Of a stretch of 64,000 nt of DNA, positions 62,879 to 64,000 are shown piece by piece. A program made the position numbers and the translations under genes. The notes under the pieces were generated by a model. The model was given only the letters and a program-made list of their open reading frames with translations. It did no database searches and was not told where the DNA came from. Source of the stretch: Neodothiora populina (Eukaryota); contig NW_027191417.1 of NCBI RefSeq assembly GCF_041146345.1, positions 372,001 to 436,000 on the forward strand, given 5' to 3'. Numbering within the stretch: the stretch's first letter is position 1; the number at the start of each line of letters is the position of its first letter.

Positions 62879-64000
62879 TCACATGACCACACAGCCTCCG
62901 CTGCGGGCTCTCCTCCTCCTCCCACCCCCCACTGCACCACCTGGTCCTCCCGCCCCTTGCCCAGCACCAGCTTCAGTCCCCTCGCCTTCCTCATCCGCGT
63001 GCATCATCTGCGCCTCCCTCGCTCTGCGTCGGCGACGTCTGGCGCCTGCGCCGCTAGCCCCCGCCTCCTCCTGCGCAATCATGAACTCAGCCCATTTCCG
63101 CTCGAGCCGGATGGCGGATGCAAAATCGCCTCGAACGACGCGCTTCGTGTGCTCTTCTACAGTGGGCTGGTAGTTGTAGAAACACTTCAGCTGAATGATT
63201 TCGCGCGGGTATGTGCGTACTGCCGAGGGATGGGTCGAGGGTGAGGGTAGAGGGACATCGCAGCTTCTGACGTTATCGTCTGTGGGTGTTCGCACTGCTG
63301 TTGCTGGTCGACGGGTTGTGATGACTTCGGCGTTGCGCGAGAGGATCTCGCGGATGCCTGTCCAGGTCACGTTTTGGCAGTCGTACGCGACGAGTCGGAG
63401 TCCGAATGTGGGCCTGTCGAGATTGCTTGTTGTGCGAGTGCTTCTTGATCGCACTAGAGATGCGGCCTCGGCTAAGGTCAGGTCGGAGATGCGGGTGTTG
63501 TCCACGTCGAGACTGCGGAGGTTGGTGCAGTTCTTGAGCACGGGCAGCATGCCAACGTCACCGAGGTCTTCGCAGTATGATATGCCAAGATGGCGTATTG
63601 ACTTTGAGCAGGGTGCGTTGGCGAGAGTGGTTAGAACGACATTCGTCAAGATCTCCTGCTCTTCAAGGTCCAGGTGAGTGAGTTTGGGCATGGAATTGAT
63701 GAGTGCGGTCATAGTCTGATCAGTAATCCCAGGCACCTTGGACAGCTGCAAGCCTTCAATCTCAGGAACATTGTTGATCATGGTCGCAACACCATCGTCA
63801 CTGATGCCTCGACAACGCGTCAAATCGAGATGTTTGAACGTGCGAGGTGGGACGATCGGTCGGCCTGTGAGATAGTCCATTTCGCTGTCCCGACCCTCTA
63901 TCAGTATGGCCAGAGCCTCATCATTCAGAGAATCGCAGTTCATGAGTAGAAGCCTCTCCAGAGAGTTCTTCTCGAACAGCAGCTGCATAAAGTCAAGATC
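62879..64000 (-). CDS. Leucine-rich-repeat (F-box/LRR, FBXL2-like) protein with C-terminal CaaX, 5'-truncated
   Basis: Cys-containing LRRs (KHLDLTRCRGISDDG, THLDLEE, RHLGISYCEDLGDVG, RSLDVDNTRISD), ending RRRRARSGGCVVM. The F-box itself would lie outside the window. Confidence 0.8.
   Translation of the reverse strand, partial: DLDFMQLLFEKNSLERLLLMNCDSLNDEALAILIEGRDSEMDYLTGRPIVPPRTFKHLDLTRCRGISDDGVATMINNVPEIEGLQLSKVPGITDQTMTALINSMPKLTHLDLEEQEILTNVVLTTLANAPCSKSIRHLGISYCEDLGDVGMLPVLKNCTNLRSLDVDNTRISDLTLAEAASLVRSRSTRTTSNLDRPTFGLRLVAYDCQNVTWTGIREILSRNAEVITTRRPATAVRTPTDDNVRSCDVPLPSPSTHPSAVRTYPREIIQLKCFYNYQPTVEEHTKRVVRGDFASAIRLERKWAEFMIAQEEAGASGAGARRRRRRAREAQMMHADEEGEGTEAGAGQGAGGPGGAVGGGRRRRARSGGCVVM

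Overview
Gene-dense, intron-containing nuclear DNA of a filamentous ascomycete (Pezizomycotina; Eurotiomycete-like by impression only). Introns are short GT-AG with CTRAC/CTRAT branch points. I reconstructed about 27 protein-coding loci by hand, plus two intron-containing tRNA-Pro genes. Most are housekeeping genes: SNU71-like, AKR1, TIF35, yippee, CUE1-like, NOT2, PGI1, YPK1, ADA2, AFG1, gtaA, KH protein, MRPL4, GDI1, ECM11-domain, RBR ligase and an F-box/LRR-type protein. The main finding is a head-to-tail array of four very divergent paralogues at 8.6-15.1 kb, inside an accessory-looking block between AKR1 and TIF35. All four share a phase-1 intron and an invariant Cys...His...Asp arrangement (C 17 aa before the intron; H-x15-17-D[LF][TS]G[SA]Q[YL]GW), which suggests a transglutaminase/papain-like thiol enzyme. 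Only one copy carries a MYND zinc finger, and that copy is disrupted; the other three are intact stand-alone domains. Smaller observations are an apparent frameshift at the NOT2 start, a uORF overlapping the ADA2 start codon (TAATG), a D-loop variant tRNA-Pro(CGG), a membrane segment splitting the IBR of the RBR ligase, and several candidate targeting signals. Family assignments come from motif recognition, not database searches.
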